NCBI GenBank assembly: GCA_043228905.1
Contig: JBHGNT010000004.1
Span: 10,664,001 to 10,728,000 of the forward strand
Direction of reading: 5' to 3'
From: Azolla caroliniana
Lineage: Eukaryota; Plantae; Polypodiophyta
DNA length: 64,000 nt
Below are positions 58,649 through 64,000 of this stretch, in pieces. Position numbers and translations under genes: made by a program. The notes under the pieces are model-generated. The model had not been told where the DNA came from. It saw only the letters and a list, made by a program, of their open reading frames with translations, and ran no database searches. Numbering within the stretch: position 1 is the stretch's first letter; each line of letters starts with the position of its first letter.

Positions 58649-60934
58649 ATGACGAGAACGACACGCAAATTAGCATCAGAAAGGCATGATTTTATTCAGT
58701 TGCTCAATGTATGCACAGAGAAGAAGGACCTGTACTGCGGGATGCAACTACATGTTGATATTGTAAACAGAGGTTTACTGGTGGAAGAGAACGGCACCAT
58801 TTCTCTGGCCAATAAATTGATCCATATGTATGCAAGATGTGGTGAAATGGCCAAAGCACAAAATATCCATGATGACATGGTTGTGAGAAATGTGATCTCT
58901 TGGAATGCACTTATTTCAGGATATGTCCAGCAAGGAAAATCTCATAAAGCGTTGGATTGTCTTCTTCTCATGCAATGTGAGGGCCTCTCTCCTGATGCTT
59001 TTACCTTCTCCTGTATCCTGAAGGCTTGCGGATGTGTTGAAGATGTTGAAAAGGGCAAGGGAATACACCGTGATATTGTTAAAAGAGGTTTGTTACAGGG
59101 GAACATTGTGCTTGGCACTGCTTTGGTGGATATGTATGCTAAATGTGGTAACCTGTCTAAAGCGCAGCAGTTGCATGTTAATCTTTGTGCTCAAGACGTG
59201 GTAGCTTGGAATGCACTCATTGCTGGGCATGTCAAACATGGTCACGGCCATGAAGCATTGAATTGTTTCGAAAAACTTAAATGTGAGGGTATGTTTCCAG
59301 ATGCATTCACATTCACTTGCATCTTGAAAGCATGCGGAAGCACTAGAGCTGTCAACAAGGGGGAAACTGTGCACATCGAGATTATTAGTAGTGGCTTGAT
59401 AAAGGAAAATATTGTTCTTGGCAATGCTTTGGTGGATATGTATTCCAAATGTGGGGCCCATGCCAAAGCACAACAAGCGCATGACGAGCTTCCATTTCGA
59501 AATAATGCCTGTTGGAATTCATTAATTGCAGGTTATGCTCAAGAGCAGAAGGATTGTGAAGCAATGAATTGCTTCAAGAAGATGAAAGATGAGGGCGTTT
59601 CTCCAGATGCAATAACATTTGCTTGCATATTGAAGGTATGTGGCAACATGGGAGCTATCACTGAGGGAAAACAAATTCATGATGAGATTGTGTGTAGGAA
59701 TATGTTGAAGAATCATATTTCACTTGGCAATGCTTTGGTGGATATGTATGCAAAATGTGGTATGATTACAAGAGCACAACAAGTGCACAATAAGTTTAAT
59801 ATTCGGAATATCATTTCTTGGAATGCATTGATTGCAGGGTACGTCCGACAAGGACAAGGTCATGAAGCACTAAACTGTTTTGAACGAATGAAAGGTGAGG
59901 GCTTGATTCCTGATGAGATTACCTTTACCTGCATCTTGAATGCCTGCGGTACTGTGAAAGCTATTGAGAGGGGCAAACAAATACATGAGGAGGTGGTCAA
60001 AAAGGGCTTGCTAGGGAAAGATCCAGTGCTTGGCATCACTTTGGTAGATATGTATGCCAAATGCGGCTTGCTTGGAAAAGCACAGAAAGTGCATGATGAG
60101 CTTTGTACTCGAAATATAGTCTCTTGGTCTGCACTGATTGCAGGATATGCTCAACATGGTCAATGTCATGAAGCGTTGACCTGTCTAAAACAGATGCAAA
60201 CTGATGGTATCTCTCCAAACACCATTGTATTCACTTGCATCTTGAAAAGCTGCGGAAGTGCGGGGGCGATTGATAAGGGCAAACAAATTCATGATGTAAT
60301 AGTCAATAAAGGCTGGTTGGAGAAAGATCTTGCACTTGGAAATGCTCTGGTAGACATGTATGCCAAATGTGGTGCACTTTCAAATGCACACCAATTGCTG
60401 GATGAGCTTCATATTCGGGATGTGGTTTCTTGGAATACAGTTATAGGAGGCTATGCAGATCGAGGTTATGGCCATGAAGCATTGAATTGTTTTGAACACA
60501 TGGAAAGTGAGGGTCTCTCCCCTGACGGAGTTACGTTTCTATGTTTGCTGAATGCATGTAGCCATTCAGGACTACTGAGTGAGGCTGAAATGTACTTTGA
60601 TAAGATGATCAAGAAATATAGCATGACACCAAACTTAGAGCATTGCACTTGCATGGTTATCATTTTTGGGTGCGTGGGGAAGTTTGAGAAGGCTATGCTA
60701 GTTATTAAGAAGAAGATGCCATCTTTGGATTATCCTGCAATTTGGCTTGCATTATTAAGTGGTTGTAGGAAATGGGGATATGTGAACCTGGCAAGATTGG
60801 CTTTTGACTGGGTAGTACAACTAGATAACAATTGTGCCTCAGCCTATGTCCTTATGTCAAATATTTATGCAGCTGCTAATATGCCAGAGGATGTGAAGAA
60901 GGTTGAATCCATGATATTTAAAAACAGGATTTGA
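58649..60934 (+). CDS. PLS-class pentatricopeptide repeat protein with E domain (probable organellar RNA-editing specificity factor); start uncertain
   Basis: About six P-L-S triplets (SWNALIAGY / TFTCILKACG / LGNALVDMYAKCG); E1-E2 WLALLSGCRKWG...AYVLMSNIYAAA; frame open from 58583, first ATG 58649; no DYW. Confidence 0.9.
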   Translation: MTRTTRKLASERHDFIQLLNVCTEKKDLYCGMQLHVDIVNRGLLVEENGTISLANKLIHMYARCGEMAKAQNIHDDMVVRNVISWNALISGYVQQGKSHKALDCLLLMQCEGLSPDAFTFSCILKACGCVEDVEKGKGIHRDIVKRGLLQGNIVLGTALVDMYAKCGNLSKAQQLHVNLCAQDVVAWNALIAGHVKHGHGHEALNCFEKLKCEGMFPDAFTFTCILKACGSTRAVNKGETVHIEIISSGLIKENIVLGNALVDMYSKCGAHAKAQQAHDELPFRNNACWNSLIAGYAQEQKDCEAMNCFKKMKDEGVSPDAITFACILKVCGNMGAITEGKQIHDEIVCRNMLKNHISLGNALVDMYAKCGMITRAQQVHNKFNIRNIISWNALIAGYVRQGQGHEALNCFERMKGEGLIPDEITFTCILNACGTVKAIERGKQIHEEVVKKGLLGKDPVLGITLVDMYAKCGLLGKAQKVHDELCTRNIVSWSALIAGYAQHGQCHEALTCLKQMQTDGISPNTIVFTCILKSCGSAGAIDKGKQIHDVIVNKGWLEKDLALGNALVDMYAKCGALSNAHQLLDELHIRDVVSWNTVIGGYADRGYGHEALNCFEHMESEGLSPDGVTFLCLLNACSHSGLLSEAEMYFDKMIKKYSMTPNLEHCTCMVIIFGCVGKFEKAMLVIKKKMPSLDYPAIWLALLSGCRKWGYVNLARLAFDWVVQLDNNCASAYVLMSNIYAAANMPEDVKKVESMIFKNRI

Positions 60935-61120
60935 AGGAACCCAAACGATGCCCAATGGGATCTGATACAAGAAGTGCTAATGCTCCACAAGCATGTGCAC
61001 CATTATCAAAGAAAAAGATATGTGTGAAGATCAAAGGTATGACTCCAAAACATGACATCTGAAATGCTGAAGAAAAGCTATTGCTTGATAGCAGGATATA
61101 TGGTCAGCGTGGGCTCAGTG

Positions 61121-61194
61121 ATTAATGTCTGAGAACAATTTAACTTGATGCAAGATGATTAATGCCTGAGAACAATTTAACTTGATGCAAGATG
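61121..61194. repeat. 37-bp tandem duplication
   Basis: ATTAATG(T/C)CTGAGAACAATTTAACTTGATGCAAGATG x2. Confidence 0.85.
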
Positions 61195-63042
61195 AGGGAG
61201 TTGATCTGCTGGCTATGATTAAAAGGTAGTAGTACTTTAAACCAAGGTAAGGAGTTCCATTAATAACTTGGTTGAACTGCCACAAAGGCAGCATAAACTT
61301 TCATTTCTGTGGGGTTTATTATTAGAACTGCCTAGGCAACATGGAATTGCATTTGTTTATAACGCCGCATATGTCAGTGGTTACATAATTGGAAGCCATT
61401 GTGTGGAAATAATGCATGTGTTACAATCTGCCATAGCAACACTACAGGTATGCATAGCCAGTTCTCCATGAAGATCAGTTCTTTGGCTAAAGCCCGTACT
61501 ACCATTGTCTACTTCTCGTCTGTAACTCTGTTAGACCTCCAATCCATCAAAAACGATTGGGATACCCACTATGCAAAGCATCTCGACCACCCTGCCATAT
61601 TTCTATTAAAGTCTTGACATCATGGATGTGGTTGAGGATTTGTTTATGGTGGTGGTTGTGATGAAGGCACTTTTCACACCACGAGTGAACATTTGCATCA
61701 TTCTTTGAGCATTTAAGGGTGGAAGAAAACCGCCTAAAATGCTATATTTTAAACCAGGAACAATCAGCAAATAAGATGCTGTCATAACCCTTTTACACTT
61801 ATTTGCATTTAATTGGGCATTAAAGCAATAGCTAGAAAAAGCAATAGCTAGAAAAAGCTTTAAGGCTAGTGATATGGAGTTAAATCCGTCTTGGCACAAT
61901 TCTTGTATGTGCTTGATTCAAGATATTTTTGGTCAACCATTATACACGGGGAAACATTTGGTCCAGCATTTGTCGCTTGCCTGCCATGCATTTTAGCAAT
62001 CAATTGTTATAATGCTTTTCCAAGGCTTCCTTTGCACCTTGTAAACCCAGCCTTGCCTAATGTTTAACTAGAAGAGGCACTTACATATAAGTGTAAACTT
62101 GAGGTCCCTCGGCATGCAATACAGTAATAATAATAATTATTCTTTCACTTATATTTTCTCTGCCAATTAATACAGTTAAAAGCCGTTGCTAACTTTTGCA
62201 AAATAGTATTGAATGCTGTAAAACGTGAGTGTGTAATTTTGTGAATAAATTAGCCATACTACATAAGATTTCACTATCCATATTCTCCCCACTAGAAAAT
62301 GTCAAATAACTTGCACAAACTAAAATTATCTTTCTTTTTCATGAAACAGGGTTAAATCCAATATTGTGAGCACACAAATGTTGAGATGAAACATTTTTTT
62401 CTGTGTTTTAAAATTGAGCAGGTGTATGCAGTCACATATGTATGCAAACCCGCAATAGAGGCCATTTATCAAGAATAGAATTGGGATTAGAAACCCCTTT
62501 TTCCGAGGTCATCATTAACTGACAAGAATGGACAAAAAGTTGCAGCAAACGTTGGAACTTACATGGTTAGGCTCTACTTGAATTCAGTGATTCTCAAGTC
62601 ATGCCATGTGTAGATTGTTCACATTCCACGGCAAAATAAAGAAGAAAATGTCTAGATTGTCATAACTTCACAAGAAGAAAATGTCTAGATTCGGATGGAT
62701 GGATCAATAATCACTCATAATTCTCTTAATGTTTGTCATATCCAAGGTCATGATGACGAAGCACGTTCTGATGGAATTGATGTTATTGTTCCTCTGCTTA
62801 CTCACTGGAATGCGTCCCACGTCAGTTTAGCGCAACATATTGATGAAAGCGCTCATCTATCTCAATATGTACTGTTCGTCATCAAACCTCTAAAAATGCC
62901 TAAACAATAGAGCATAATTCATTGCACAATGGGTCATATCCTCCCATCATAAGGCCGTCTGCAAATTGCAAGATTGGAAACACAGCATGCTGAATGCACA
63001 GATGGAGATCCTAAATGTGCCGCTGAAAGGAACAGAAGCACC

Positions 63043-64000
63043 ATGTCGGCACATTCCACCACAGTATCTCCCCCAATGGTCATTATCTTTTATCAGCATT
63101 TCTGTTCACGAAGGTTTCACAACCATTCATCTCTGGATAGCCTGGACAACTGCTCGAAGCTTATCATAGGACACGTCAAACATGGGGAGTTTAAGCATGC
63201 TCTTGCTTTGTACCAGAAAATGGAGAAGAATCCTTATGTCATTCCAGATGAGAATGCGTTTGTGGCATTGTTGAAGGCGTGCAGTAAGGTTTTTGATGTA
63301 GCAAGAGGCCAAGAAATACACAAGAAGATCCATAGGCTGGGAATTTTGGGCAACAATGTTTACCTTGGCAATGCCTTGATCAACATGTACATGAAATGTG
63401 GATATGTTGACAAAGCTTGTGAGTCATTCAAAGTGATGTCTTTTCACAATGTTGTCTCCTGGAATACACTCATCACAGGCTATGTGAGAAATGGGTATGC
63501 TGAGGATGCCCTCACTTGCTTTGAATATATGCAAAAAGATGGCATCTTTCCAGACACCACGACATTTATTTGCATCATAAAAGCTTGTGCAATGGTTGGA
63601 TCAATGACAAAAGGGCAAGAAATACATGCTGAGATTGTTAGGAAAGCTTTAGTAGAAAAGGATGTTATGATTGGCAGTACCTTGGTCGACATGTACATGA
63701 AATATGGATGTCTTACAAAAGCACAACAAGTGTTTGATAGCCTTCCCACTAGAGATGTTGTCTCATGGAATTCGTTGATTGCAGGCTATGCTGAAGAAGG
63801 GTTTGGACCAAGAATATCTGATTGCTTGATAAATATGCAAGCTGAAGGAATCTCACCTGATCCAATTACACTTAGTTGTTCCTTAAAAGCTTGTGGTGGC
63901 ATAAAATCTATATCCATAGGTCAAGAAATACATGGTGAAATCACCAAAAAAGGATATGTGGAGCATGACGTGTTCCTACATTGTAGCTTGGTTGATATGT
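63043..64000 (+). CDS. Second PLS-class PPR gene, truncated by the window edge (absent from the ORF track)
   Basis: Frame open from 62953 to the end: AFVALLKACS, LGNALINMYMKCG, VVSWNTLITGY, IGSTLVDMYMKYG, VVSWNSLIAGY. Confidence 0.88.
   Translation, partial: MSAHSTTVSPPMVIIFYQHFCSRRFHNHSSLDSLDNCSKLIIGHVKHGEFKHALALYQKMEKNPYVIPDENAFVALLKACSKVFDVARGQEIHKKIHRLGILGNNVYLGNALINMYMKCGYVDKACESFKVMSFHNVVSWNTLITGYVRNGYAEDALTCFEYMQKDGIFPDTTTFICIIKACAMVGSMTKGQEIHAEIVRKALVEKDVMIGSTLVDMYMKYGCLTKAQQVFDSLPTRDVVSWNSLIAGYAEEGFGPRISDCLINMQAEGISPDPITLSCSLKACGGIKSISIGQEIHGEITKKGYVEHDVFLHCSLVDM

Noticed and set aside
60935-61100. E+/DYW extension of the first PPR
   Set aside because: Only a weak out-of-frame KEPK resemblance; no HxE or CxxC deaminase motifs seen.
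61268-62910. Short ORFs between the PPR genes
   Set aside because: Short, AT-rich and motif-less; likely UTR, intron or intergenic sequence.

Overview
Eukaryotic plant nuclear DNA. The PLS-class PPR style suggests a fern, which is inference. Bases 1-57832 are one nest of at least 12 LTR-retrotransposon insertions, resolved from LTR pairs, PBS/PPT motifs and target-site duplications (TSDs). An outer minus-strand copia (B) holds copia A (with a solo LTR in its 5' LTR) and gypsy C (7991-57713, TSD TTCTT). C holds copia E, copia H and chromovirus K. H holds solo LTR I, copia F (which holds its close relative G) and gypsy D (which holds intact copia J). J and K have intact ORFs and LTR pairs differing by about one substitution. 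Two PLS-type PPR genes follow, the second running off the window. The main novelty is the C/D gypsy clade. It has no polypurine tract; an inverted tRNA-Arg(UCU) primer-binding site sits 2 nt before the 3' LTR, giving a PBS on each strand. It also carries a conserved extra 3' ORF, and both copies preserve aberrant strand-transfer products: a complete 76-nt CCA-bearing tRNA-Arg copy replacing gag in C, and an LTR-end/PBS duplication in D. Coordinates were read by hand and may be off by a few bases.
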